From Planctomycetota bacterium (GTDB taxonomy: Bacteria; Planctomycetota; Planctomycetia; Pirellulales; UBA1268): 64,000 nucleotides of DNA. A model generated the notes under the pieces. It made no database searches. It was not told the origin of the DNA and saw only the letters and a list, made by a program, of their open reading frames with translations. Both the position numbers and the translations under genes were made by a program. The stretch spans positions 7,845-71,844 of the forward strand of contig QWQH01000017.1 of assembly GCA_003670915.1 (NCBI GenBank), in the 5' to 3' direction. Shown here one piece after another: positions 1 through 11,317 of the stretch (position 1 is its first letter; each line of letters begins with the position of its first letter).

Positions 1-567
1 AAGGACGCGATAGAGCGACTGATGTCCCCGGATGGAGGCCACGTCGACGCCTTCCAGTAGCGGATCGTCCTGCGGCGCAGTGGGAAGCAGGGCGACGCGG
101 TATGGGAGTCCTTGCGTTTGGTAGCCTGCATTCTGACAGCCGAGCACCTCCGGTGAGAAGTCGGGCCAAGCGGCACATCCGGACGGTGGCGGCGGATCAT
201 TTGGACTGGGGATGAACCCGTGATTCGCGGTGCGAATGCCGATCATGGGCTTGCCAGCCTGAAGATGGCCGCGAACCACGTCGAGTTCCGCGCGCGGCGG
301 CGTGGCCCGCCGCACGAAGACGATGAGCAAATCGGCATCTGGCATCGCGGACAAAAGTCCCTCGAAATGAGTTGGCTTTGGCTGGTTTCCGGCGATGACT
401 TTCACCTGATGTCCCAGCGGCCGCAGTTCCTGATCCGCAAATCCGTTGAGGAAGGTGACCGCGTCATAGTTGTTAGGATCCTCGCTGGTCAGGCAGACGA
501 TGTCCGCGGCATGAACGGTCGCGCAGGAAAGAGCCATTACAGCAATGAGAAACAAGATGGTCTTCAT
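1..567 (-). CDS. Secreted ThuA-like (class I glutamine amidotransferase-like fold) domain protein, 3' end outside the window
   Basis: Not in the ORF track. Manual translation from the ATG at 567 is open to base 1: MKTILFLIAVMALSCATVHAADIVCLTSED...DADLLIVFVRR...GKPMIGIRTANHGF...WPDFSPEVLG. It has a signal peptide and a GKPxIGIRTAxH motif typical of PVC ThuA-like domains. Confidence 0.75.
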   Translation of the reverse strand, partial: MKTILFLIAVMALSCATVHAADIVCLTSEDPNNYDAVTFLNGFADQELRPLGHQVKVIAGNQPKPTHFEGLLSAMPDADLLIVFVRRATPPRAELDVVRGHLQAGKPMIGIRTANHGFIPSPNDPPPPSGCAAWPDFSPEVLGCQNAGYQTQGLPYRVALLPTAPQDDPLLEGVDVASIRGHQSLYRVL

Positions 568-1017
568 TGTGGATTGTTTTAGGTGGCGTGCCCAAGCTGA
601 GGTCCTCACGAACCCGTGGAGGTCCTTTTTATCGAAATACTCGTCAGAAAGATACCGAGCGCAGTCCCGCGAAATTTGTAGGCGAGTTTACCCCAATGGA
701 TTTCGTAACGCACTGGCTCCGGAATGGCAGAAGTCTTCTCGCGGCGGCTTTTTCTCTGAGAGCCTTCTGCGGCGATGCATTGCTCAAGCGGATCGAAAAA
801 TCCCAATGCTCGTCGAGCTTCCGCCAATTCCGTCGCTATGCATCCATGTCTCATGTTCTCTAGCAAACGCCGCATATCAAGCCGGAAATCGGTCTTTTGG
901 CGACTGCTCGGGAAGCCTATTCTGACGGGTGTTGTATGCGTGCATTTTCCAGCAATTGTTTTCAATTGGCATGAACCGTTTTTCTGTGGCGCAGCAATCA
1001 CGCTCGAGAGGTTTCTG

Positions 1018-1866
1018 ATGCGATCGATCGCTGTGGCAAATCAAAAGGGTGGCGTCGGCAAGACAACCACTTCGGTCAATTTAGCCGTGGCGTTGGCTCG
1101 CGCCGGGCGAAAGGTGTGTTTGGTCGACCTTGATCCTCAGGCCCATGCCACGCTGCACGTGGGGGTGCCGCCTGGGTCGCATCCGCTCTCGGCGTATGAT
1201 GTGCTCGTGTCGGGTGAGTCGCTGGCTGCGGCAACGGTATCGGCAGGCCAGAATCTGCGGGTGTTGCCGTCGCACATCGATCTTTCGGCCGTAGAAGTGA
1301 CGCTCACAGCCAAGGCTGGTCGCGAGACGATTCTGCGGCAGCGAATCCAAGCCGATGCGGCCTGCACTGGGCAGGCCACGGACGGATTCAACTACGACTA
1401 CATGGTGATCGACTGCCCACCTTCGCTAGGGTTGTTGTCGCTCAATGCCATGGCTGCGGTGGACGAGGTGCTGCTGCCACTGCAGCCGCATTTCCTGGCG
1501 TTGCACGGTCTGAGCAAACTGCTGGAAACAATCGAGATGGTCTCGGAGCGAGTGAATCCTAGGCTCAAGCTCTTGGGTGTTGCGCTGTGCATGCACGAGG
1601 CCGGCACGCGACTCGCTGGCGAAGTGGGTCGGGATGTGCAGGATTTTTTTGCGTCGAGTGCCGGGAGGCATCCGGCGTGGGGTGGTGCAAAAGTGTTTGA
1701 ATCAAAGATTCGCCGCAATATCCGACTGGCAGAGGCGCCGAGCTTTGGCCAGTCGATCTTTGACTACGCGCCGGAGTCTCACGGCGCTCTGGACTACGCA
1801 GCGCTTGCCGCAGAAGTGGATCAGGCTGCGGCGGTAGAGCGCGATGGTGTTCTACGCGTGGCGTGA
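1018..1866 (+). CDS. parA: ParA/Soj family ATPase
   Basis: MRSIAVANQKGGVGKTT deviant Walker A; DLDPQ; IDCPPSLG; IRRNIRLAEAPSFG. Start set at ATG 1018 rather than 775. Confidence 0.93.
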   Translation: MRSIAVANQKGGVGKTTTSVNLAVALARAGRKVCLVDLDPQAHATLHVGVPPGSHPLSAYDVLVSGESLAAATVSAGQNLRVLPSHIDLSAVEVTLTAKAGRETILRQRIQADAACTGQATDGFNYDYMVIDCPPSLGLLSLNAMAAVDEVLLPLQPHFLALHGLSKLLETIEMVSERVNPRLKLLGVALCMHEAGTRLAGEVGRDVQDFFASSAGRHPAWGGAKVFESKIRRNIRLAEAPSFGQSIFDYAPESHGALDYAALAAEVDQAAAVERDGVLRVA

Positions 1867-2147
1867 GCCGGCAGTTTTCGCGACGGCAGTGCTGGCTCGC
1901 TGAGGGCCGGCCCAGGCAATGCTGGCCGGAGAGTTGTCTGCACGTCAGGCCCATAGAGTTCCGACATCCACCAGTAGAGTGACTCGCAGAGATCGAGGCC
2001 CGACAGAATGCCGGTGCAATCGAAGTCTTCCGCCGATACAAAAAGGCGATCGCCCGTGGCAGGCAATCCAGCCGCAGGATTCGTAATCCCAGCGACCGCC
2101 CGCTGGGACGTAGGCGTATAGGGTCGCGGTGGCTGAAGGCGGTTCAT
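1821..2147 (-). CDS. Possible small hypothetical protein
   Basis: Open frame MNRLQPP...FVSAEDFDCTGILSGLDLCESLYWWMSELYG... fills an otherwise empty 560-nt gap and overlaps the parA 3' end by 46 nt. No recognisable family. Confidence 0.3.
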   Translation of the reverse strand: MNRLQPPRPYTPTSQRAVAGITNPAAGLPATGDRLFVSAEDFDCTGILSGLDLCESLYWWMSELYGPDVQTTLRPALPGPALSEPALPSRKLPAHATRRTPSRSTAAA

Positions 2148-2424
2148 TGCAAGCATGATGTGTGACGGCCCAAAATGGCGATGGAAACAGCGGTCTGTGA
2201 GCGAGTCCCGTCTCTCTGTTGAAAATGCCGTGGGCGAAGTGTCTTTCGACAGGCCGCTGCGGCGTAGATCAATTTTCTGCAGATTGAAGGATTTGGCAGA
2301 CCTTTCACAAAGCATGATTCGGGCAACTTGGATAAGCAAGGAAGTCTGGGCTAAATAAGAGGATTGTGGTGCTTTTGGCTCAAAAAGCCTATATTTTCGG
2401 ATCCTCTCAAATAGGAAATAGGCA

Positions 2425-4170
2425 ATGGTAACGCGGTTTATTGGCAGGCATTGGTGGAATAGGAGGCTCCAGGTAGCGGGCTTTCTGTGGCTTGCGTTTG
2501 CGCTGGGTTGGGTTGGGGCCGGCACTGGGCGGGCGGTTGGCCCGGACGGATTTCGCAAACTCAGTCCTGGCGTGCTGACGGTTATCCCTCCGGACACATC
2601 GGCCAGGAATGCCTTGGAACGCAGCGATATCCTTGAGATCACGCTGGGCCGTTCAGATCGCATATGGATCCCCAAACAGGATCCAATAGGTGGCACGTTT
2701 GTTGAGCGAGCAAAAAACCGCGCACTGTACCGCGACATTTGGTGTCTCGAATTTGCGTTCAAGATGCCGCGACTGATTGATGTAGATGTGCCTGCCCCCG
2801 ATCTGCAGATGAGGCGGAAGCGACTCTGGTATCTCGTTTACCGTGTCAAAAACGTGGGTGGTATCCGCCCAGTGGTGGTGCAAAACGGCCCTGTCACTTC
2901 GGAGAAGTTTGAGAAGCCGATTCGCTTTCTGCCACACTTCGTTTTGGAAAGCGTCGAAGGCCTCTCGCCGGCAGAAGGTGCGACGTCTTACCGCGCATAT
3001 CTGGATCGCCTAGTGCCGAGTGCCGTTGGGCCCATTCGTCGGCGAGAGGATCCGCGGATCGAACTTTTTGACAGCGCGCGCATGGCGGCAACAGACATCG
3101 CCTCTGGCGAGGAGCGATGGGGAGTGGCCATCTGGGAAGACATTGACCCTCGAATCGATTTCTTCTCCATCTTTGTTCGCGGCCTCAGCAACGCTATCCG
3201 GTGGCGGGAGGACCCACTCGCGGTGTTTTCAAAAGAGAGCGTTCCGGGTGCTCAGACGGAGTATGCCCTCGAGAGCCTCCGGTTGGACTTCTGGCGGCCC
3301 GGCGATGAACGCAACGAAGTCGATGAAGAGATGCAAGTTGGCCACGCTGGCCTCTTCGAAAGCATGTCCTTGGGAACAAAGGTGCTGGAGGCCTTTGGTC
3401 GTCCACGCCTCACCAAATCTACGCCTGCCGACGGCCTCGACCAACTCGGGCTCTCGTGGCGAGATTTGCTTGAGCCTGTCGTCGCAGCGGGCCTGGAGCC
3501 TGTCATCACGGCCGGGGCAGGCGGCGAGATTGATCGAACTGTCTTGTCGAGCCTTCTCCCTTTGGAAAAAGTGGTAAAGCGGCTCGCCGCGATGAAGAAT
3601 CCTGCGACCAGGGGGCCAGCTGTGCGGAATCTTCTGGGCGATCTAGGCATCCAATGGCTGGAAGAACTTTCCCGAGGGCTTGCCGCGCCTCTGGACCCCA
3701 ATCAAGAGGTCTTGCGTACCGCGTCGCTCAAACGCATAGGTGTGACGCCAGCGGATCTTGCCTCGCAGCCACTTCCTGCACTGGCCAACGTGATTCACTC
3801 GCTGGATGCGATTGGCAGGAAGGGGGTTTCGCAGTCAGATTCTCGGCAGGCGGTGGCTGCGGCCGTCTTTGGGCCGGCTGCCCGTCGGCTGGAGTCTCTT
3901 GCGGAGGAAATTGCGACTGCACGTACGTTGGTCGTGCTCAACGGCCTTCAGTTGGATCGTAAAAAGGTGGAGGCAGGTGGTCCTAGGGCTGCGTTTGACG
4001 CCGTTCGGATCGAGGTGGCTGCAGAGCCAGACCAGGCCAAGCGAGCCTTGCTGCTACAGGGGCTCTTTGGGCCCCAGGGGCCGGCCCTCTACGCTGCGGC
4101 TACCGCCGTGCACGAGGGCATTGACCACGCTTGGGTTTTCCGTTACGAAAACAATGCCGGCGAGCCTTGA
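2425..4170 (+). CDS. Exported hypothetical protein (planctomycete-type N-terminal beta-rich domain plus three tape-measure-like helical repeats)
   Basis: 581-aa ORF with an N-terminal hydrophobic signal. Aromatic-rich motifs IWCLEFAFK, LWYLVYRVKN, WGVAIWEDIDP, LDFWRPGDE. Helical repeats in the C-terminal half. Confidence 0.85.
   Translation: MVTRFIGRHWWNRRLQVAGFLWLAFALGWVGAGTGRAVGPDGFRKLSPGVLTVIPPDTSARNALERSDILEITLGRSDRIWIPKQDPIGGTFVERAKNRALYRDIWCLEFAFKMPRLIDVDVPAPDLQMRRKRLWYLVYRVKNVGGIRPVVVQNGPVTSEKFEKPIRFLPHFVLESVEGLSPAEGATSYRAYLDRLVPSAVGPIRRREDPRIELFDSARMAATDIASGEERWGVAIWEDIDPRIDFFSIFVRGLSNAIRWREDPLAVFSKESVPGAQTEYALESLRLDFWRPGDERNEVDEEMQVGHAGLFESMSLGTKVLEAFGRPRLTKSTPADGLDQLGLSWRDLLEPVVAAGLEPVITAGAGGEIDRTVLSSLLPLEKVVKRLAAMKNPATRGPAVRNLLGDLGIQWLEELSRGLAAPLDPNQEVLRTASLKRIGVTPADLASQPLPALANVIHSLDAIGRKGVSQSDSRQAVAAAVFGPAARRLESLAEEIATARTLVVLNGLQLDRKKVEAGGPRAAFDAVRIEVAAEPDQAKRALLLQGLFGPQGPALYAAATAVHEGIDHAWVFRYENNAGEP
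3469..3516 (+). repeat. Imperfect in-frame 24-bp tandem duplication (LEPVVAAG LEPVITAG)
   Basis: cttgagcctgtcgtcgcagcgggc / ctggagcctgtcatcacggccggg. Confidence 0.7.
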
Positions 4171-4273
4171 TTTTGATACGCATTTGATTGTGGATGTTTG
4201 AATCGAGGGTTCTGACAGCCTGTGGTGCTGAGCAGAGAGACGCCCCTTAGAAACCGCCCTTAGGAGCAGAGTG

Positions 4274-4516
4274 ATGGCACATAAAAAAGGTCAGGGATCG
4301 AGCCGCAACGGTCGGGACTCCAATGCCCAGCGGCGGGGCGTGAAAAAATTTGGTGGCGAGGCTGTCTTTGCCGGTAACATCCTCGTGCGCCAGGTGGGGA
4401 CAAAGTTTCACCCCGGCAAGAACGTGGGCATGGGTACCGACTACACGCTCTTCGCCCTCGTGGACGGCGTCGTGGGCTTTGATCGCGAAGGCCGTCGCAT
4501 CAACGTGCTTGCGTGA
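4274..4516 (+). CDS. rpmA: 50S ribosomal protein bL27
   Basis: [35 protein letters not shown] upstream. Confidence 0.98.
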   Translation: MAHKKGQGSSRNGRDSNAQRRGVKKFGGEAVFAGNILVRQVGTKFHPGKNVGMGTDYTLFALVDGVVGFDREGRRINVLA

Positions 4517-4612
4517 TGCGTTTCTAGCATTGTGTTCTCGTGAAAAGAGAGCAGTGTGAGTAGAGGCCGTGTATGAGTGCTGGCAAGTGCAGATCGGCAG
4601 TAGGCTTTTTTC

Positions 4613-5662
4613 GTGTTCGTCGACCGTGTCCATATCGAGGCGGCTGCCGGTAATGGTGGCCGTGGCAGCGCCAGCTTTCGTCGCGAGAAATATATTCCGC
4701 GAGGTGGACCTGACGGCGGCGACGGCGGCGACGGCGGCAGCGTGATTATTCGTGCTGCCTCGGGAGTCGATTCACTCGCCGCCCTATCGCATCGCATGCA
4801 GTGGCGCGCCGAACACGGGCAGTCTGGTGGTCCGTGCAATTGCCAGGGGCGTTCGGCCGAAGATCTTGTGTTGTTGGTGCCCCCAGGCACGATTGTGCGA
4901 GACGAATCGACAAGGCTTGCGCTCAAGGATTTGGCAACAGCGGGCGACTCCGTCATTGCGGCGCAGGGCGGGGCAGGGGGGAAGGGCAACATCCACTTCA
5001 AGTCGTCAACCAACCGAGCACCCCGCGAAACAACTCCAGGTGAAAAAGGATCGGTTCGGCGATTGCTTTTGGAACTCAAGGTGATTGCTGACGTGGGGCT
5101 CGTTGGCAAGCCAAATGCTGGAAAGAGCACGCTGCTTTCCAGGCTCTCGCAGGCCCGTCCGCAGATTGCCGACTACGCTTTCACTACAAAAACACCGATG
5201 CTTGGGATCGTGGCCATTTCGCGAGACCGGAGCTTTGTGCTGGCCGATCTGCCAGGGCTCATCGAAGGAGCCCACGCTGGGGTTGGCTTAGGTCACGAAT
5301 TTCTGCGGCATGTCGAGCGGGCCGGGATCATTGTGCACGTCGTCGAGCCGCAACCGATGGACGGCACCGATCCGCTAACCAACTACCGTGCCATCCGTGA
5401 AGAACTCGTGCGATACGATGCCTCTCTGGGTGAGCGACCGGAGATCGTCATTGTCAGCAAGTGCGAACTACCGGACGCGGAGGATGTGCGAGCTCTTTTG
5501 GCCGCCGAGATTGGTCGCAATGTGATCGCGGTGAGTGCTGTAACGGGGCAGGGCCTCAATACACTCCTAGCCGCGGTGACGACGGAAATGGATCGGCATG
5601 TCATGCCCGAAAAGTACATTCCTCGCAGGACGAGTCCACACACACCGCCGGTTCTCCCGTAG
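4613..5662 (+). CDS. obgE: GTPase ObgE/CgtA
   Basis: MFVDRVHIEAAAGNGGRG...GGPDGGDGGDGG; GKPNAGKS; DLPGLIEGAH; GLGHEFLRHVER. Confidence 0.97.
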   Translation: MFVDRVHIEAAAGNGGRGSASFRREKYIPRGGPDGGDGGDGGSVIIRAASGVDSLAALSHRMQWRAEHGQSGGPCNCQGRSAEDLVLLVPPGTIVRDESTRLALKDLATAGDSVIAAQGGAGGKGNIHFKSSTNRAPRETTPGEKGSVRRLLLELKVIADVGLVGKPNAGKSTLLSRLSQARPQIADYAFTTKTPMLGIVAISRDRSFVLADLPGLIEGAHAGVGLGHEFLRHVERAGIIVHVVEPQPMDGTDPLTNYRAIREELVRYDASLGERPEIVIVSKCELPDAEDVRALLAAEIGRNVIAVSAVTGQGLNTLLAAVTTEMDRHVMPEKYIPRRTSPHTPPVLP

Positions 5663-5701
5663 ACACGCCCGCAGGCAAGCACTTCACGCGAGAGTTTTGC
5701 G

Positions 5702-6562
5702 ATGAGCAGCCCACCAATCTGTCTTGGCGACACGGTGCTTTTGGCCGATGTGGGCAACACTCGCATCAAGCTGGCCGTCTTGGTTGACCACGGTGTGATG
5801 GATCCTGAGCAGCCCACGCTCCATCCAACGCAGTTGACTCACCGTCTACCCACAGTGGGACGCCGTCACGATCTCACCAGCCACGGATTTCGCCACGACC
5901 AGCTGGAAAAATGGCTCAAGAGCGTGGCACCTGGGGCGGCTGTTGTCATTGTGGCCAGCGTGCACGACGCGGCCGCGGCGAAGTTAGAAGCCTGTCTCGC
6001 CGAATTGTCTGTGACAAGCCATCGACCGTTGCGGCAGCGACGGATTGGCCATGCGGACTTGCCGCTGCTGATCCGGTTGGAATCTCCGCACAGGGTCGGC
6101 ATCGATCGATTGGCAGCCGCGGCAGCCGCAGGCATCCTCAAAACGCCAGGACGCAGTGCGATCATCGTGGATTGCGGCACGGCGGCCACCGTCGACATGG
6201 TGTCGGCTGACGGCGAATTTCTGGGGGGCGCGATTCTGCCCGGTCCGTCGCTGATGGCCCGGGCATTGGCGGAGGGCACAAGCAAACTGCCGGAAGTGTT
6301 GGCATTGGAACAGTCGGCCCCGCCGCCAATGCCCGGTCGCTCAACGCACGAGGCAATCGCCGCCGGCATCGGCTTTGGAATCCAAGGGGCCATTGCCCGA
6401 CTGGTTGCCGAAGCCCGCACCACGCTTGGTGGCGATGCCGATGTCATTTTGACAGGCGGCTGGCGAGGTGCCGTTCGGGCTGTGTTGCCTGGTGCGTTGG
6501 ACATGCCAGACCTTGTGCTGATGGGAGTTGCTCTGGCCGCCGAACGGGCCTGCGCGAGGTGA
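5702..6562 (+). CDS. coaX: Type III pantothenate kinase
   Basis: DVGNTRIK; VGIDRL; VDCGTAATVD; FLGGAILPG; ILTGG. Confidence 0.92.
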   Translation: MSSPPICLGDTVLLADVGNTRIKLAVLVDHGVMDPEQPTLHPTQLTHRLPTVGRRHDLTSHGFRHDQLEKWLKSVAPGAAVVIVASVHDAAAAKLEACLAELSVTSHRPLRQRRIGHADLPLLIRLESPHRVGIDRLAAAAAAGILKTPGRSAIIVDCGTAATVDMVSADGEFLGGAILPGPSLMARALAEGTSKLPEVLALEQSAPPPMPGRSTHEAIAAGIGFGIQGAIARLVAEARTTLGGDADVILTGGWRGAVRAVLPGALDMPDLVLMGVALAAERACAR

Positions 6563-6646
6563 TCGCTGTCCCCTCGCTGTTTTCAAGTGTTCGCCAAGTC
6601 TCGAATTGGCTTGCGACCTCCTTCCGCGTCTCAAAGCAGGGGGCCT

Positions 6647-6676
6647 TTGAGCAAGGCCTTCGAATCTGGATAGAAT
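6647..6676 (+). promoter_or_regulatory. Candidate sigma70 promoter for rsfS-argS
   Basis: TTGAGC-N18-TAGAAT about 70 nt upstream of rsfS. Confidence 0.35.
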
Positions 6677-6747
6677 GATTTCTCAACGAGGTTTTCATTG
6701 GATGCCACACTGGTCGTTTCCAAGCCCTTTTTTAGGATCCTTGCCGC

Positions 6748-7155
6748 GTGAACCCTTCTATCGAATCTCCTCACAACTCGCCGCGGCCGACGGATCGAGC
6801 ACTTCCCAGGGCGGTCGCTGCCGCACGGGTGGCCGAAGAAACTCGGGGCACCGACGTGCGAGTGCTGGATCTCCACGGCCTCACTGAACTGTTCGATTAT
6901 TTTGTTTTGGCCACAGGCACCAGCCGGCGGCAGTTGCACGCGATGGCCGACGAGATCGATCTGGTTCTCAAGAAGGAAATGCACGACGTGCGTCGTGGGA
7001 TCGAAGGCTACGAAGAGGGGCGTTGGATCGTGCTCGATTACGGCGATGTGGTCATTCATCTTTTCGACGCCGAGTCGCGAGAGTATTGGGACCTCGAACA
7101 ACTCTGGGGGGACGCTCGCCGCGTACCAGCGGCCGACCTCGAGGCAGCCCAGTGA
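6748..7155 (+). CDS. rsfS: Ribosome silencing factor RsfS (Iojap)
   Basis: DVRVLDL...FDYFVLATGTSRRQLHAMADEI; WIVLDYGDVVIHLF...REYWDLEQLWGDA. Confidence 0.95.
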   Translation: MNPSIESPHNSPRPTDRALPRAVAAARVAEETRGTDVRVLDLHGLTELFDYFVLATGTSRRQLHAMADEIDLVLKKEMHDVRRGIEGYEEGRWIVLDYGDVVIHLFDAESREYWDLEQLWGDARRVPAADLEAAQ

Positions 7156-9065
7156 TGAGTGGGCCAGAAGCGGATGGCCCTCGCACGTGTGCGGCCGATG
7201 GCAACGGCCCTCTGCTCGGTTTGGATGGCGGCCTCGAGCGATTTGGTTTTCGGTGTGCCCTCCGCCGGATATTTCAGACCGTCCTTGAACGGCTCTCCGC
7301 CGAGAACGCCATAGCGATTGCACCGGAAGAGATGCCGGCATTGATCGAGCAGGTACGACAAACCGCCGACCCGAAGTTTGGTGACTATTCGGCGACGATG
7401 GCGATGTCGCTGGCCAAGCGTTCCGGCCGCAAACCGCGGGACGTGGCGATGGAGATGATCGCCAAACTCGACGGTGTGCCCGGATTTTCTGAACTGTTCG
7501 AGAAGCCAAGCGAGCCCGTCGGCCCGGGCTTTATCAACCTGCGTGTCCGAGATGAGGCGATTGCTTGTGCGATAAAGCAGGCCGTCGGCGATCCTCGGCT
7601 GGGGGTTGCTCCAGTGGTTGGCCCCGAGACGATCGTGCTCGATTACAGTTCGCCAAACGTCGCCAAGCCAATGCACGTGGGGCACATCCGTTCCACTGTC
7701 ATCGGCGACAGCCTAGCCAAAATCCTCAGCTTTCGCGGGCACCGCACGATCACCGACAACCACCTCGGCGACTGGGGCACGCAGTTCGGAATGATTCTTT
7801 GGGGCTGGAAGCACGTGCGCAACGAGCAGGCATTTGCACTGGATCCAACCGGTGAACTCGGTCGGCTCTACCGGTTGGTGCGTGTCGTGGTCGATGCAAA
7901 GCCCGAAGAATTGGACAAGCATCCTGAAGCCGCAGCAATCGTAGAGCAATATCCAGGCGTGGCTGAAGCAGTGCTTGCCGAAACGGTGAAGTTGCACAAG
8001 GGCGATCCGGAAAACGTCGCGATGTGGGAACGCTTTATGCCAGCCTGCCGGCTGGAGATCGATCGAATTTATGCCCGGCTCCACGTGTCGTTCGACCATA
8101 CGCTCGGCGAGAGTTTTTATCAGCCCATGCTGCAGGGGGTGGTTGAGGACCTTGCCAGCAAGGGACTCGCAACCCAGAGCCGCGGGGCGACGGCTGTGTT
8201 TTTAGACGGCTATGAAGCACCGCTTTTGATTCGCAAGGCTGACGGAGCGTTTCTCTACGCGACCACCGATTTAGCCACGATTCAATGGCGGATCGCCCAC
8301 TGGAAGCCCGACCGCATCCTCTATGTCGTCGATCACCGACAAAGCCAGCACTTCCAGCAGGTCTTTGCCACGGCAAAGGCGTGGGGCTATGGCGATGTGA
8401 AGTGTGTGCACGTCGCTTTTGGCACAGTTCTCGGGGACGACGGTAGGCCATTTAAGACAAGGGCTGGCGACACCGTTGGCTTGGAGGCCTTGCTCGACGA
8501 GGGCGTTGATCGAGCGATGCAGGTCGTCAACAGCGGCGCGGAGAGTCGCGGCGGCGATGGCATGAACGATTCAACCAGGAAGCACGTGGCCGAAACGGTC
8601 GGCATCGGCGCGATCAAGTATGCCGATCTTGCGCAGAACCGCACGACGGACTACGTATTCAGTTTCGATAAGATGCTCCAACTCACGGGCAATACGGCCG
8701 CCTACATGCAGTATGCGGTGGCCCGAGTGGAAGGGATTTTTGCCAAGGCGGGTATCGATCGCGAGTTGGTGCGACAGGCGAGGGTTCCGCTCCGTTTTAC
8801 CGATCCGCGAGAGCGGGCACTGGCGATCACACTGACTCGCTTTGGCGAGACGCTAGAAGACGTCGAGGCCGACTACCGCCCCAATGTGCTGACAGCCTGG
8901 CTGTACGAATTGGCCGGAGTCTATTCCACGTTCTACGACGCTCTGCCTGTGGCGAAGGCCGAGGGCGACGAACGAGCCACTCGCCTTGTGCTCTGCGATC
9001 TCACCGGGCAAATCCTCCGAAAAGGTCTCGAAATGCTAGGCATTGGCGTCGTGGAAAAGATGTAA
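7155..9065 (+). CDS. argS: Arginine--tRNA ligase
   Basis: DYSSPNVAKPMHVGHIRSTVIGD (HIGH-like); NHLGDWGTQFG; FKTRAGDTV; GNTAAYMQY; C-terminal GIGVVEKM. The ATG overlaps the rsfS stop (TGATG). Confidence 0.97.
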   Translation: MSGPEADGPRTCAADGNGPLLGLDGGLERFGFRCALRRIFQTVLERLSAENAIAIAPEEMPALIEQVRQTADPKFGDYSATMAMSLAKRSGRKPRDVAMEMIAKLDGVPGFSELFEKPSEPVGPGFINLRVRDEAIACAIKQAVGDPRLGVAPVVGPETIVLDYSSPNVAKPMHVGHIRSTVIGDSLAKILSFRGHRTITDNHLGDWGTQFGMILWGWKHVRNEQAFALDPTGELGRLYRLVRVVVDAKPEELDKHPEAAAIVEQYPGVAEAVLAETVKLHKGDPENVAMWERFMPACRLEIDRIYARLHVSFDHTLGESFYQPMLQGVVEDLASKGLATQSRGATAVFLDGYEAPLLIRKADGAFLYATTDLATIQWRIAHWKPDRILYVVDHRQSQHFQQVFATAKAWGYGDVKCVHVAFGTVLGDDGRPFKTRAGDTVGLEALLDEGVDRAMQVVNSGAESRGGDGMNDSTRKHVAETVGIGAIKYADLAQNRTTDYVFSFDKMLQLTGNTAAYMQYAVARVEGIFAKAGIDRELVRQARVPLRFTDPRERALAITLTRFGETLEDVEADYRPNVLTAWLYELAGVYSTFYDALPVAKAEGDERATRLVLCDLTGQILRKGLEMLGIGVVEKM

Positions 9066-9199
9066 GAACCCCGACACTGAACCGAATACGGGATGCCACC
9101 AACACGATACAATCGTGGCCCGCCTCGGTAGAGCCATGAGCTGAGGGGCGGTTTCAATCCACAGAGCTGTGCCGCAGAGCCACGCCCAAAGAGCCACAG

Positions 9200-11290
<2,091 letters not shown>

Positions 11291-11317
11291 GCGACTGCAG
11301 CGATTTGGGAGAGTAGA

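Noticed and set aside
220..1001. ORFs 220-582, 545-925, 567-863 and 606-1001
   Set aside because: These are shadows of the minus-strand ThuA-like gene or chance frames in the divergent intergenic region, with no motifs.
4712..4738. GACGGCGGC x3 repeat
   Set aside because: It encodes the conserved DGGDGGDGG motif of Obg.
9130..9196. AGAGCCA-like heptamer occurring 3-4 times upstream of fusA
   Set aside because: Short and irregularly spaced, so it cannot be told from chance.
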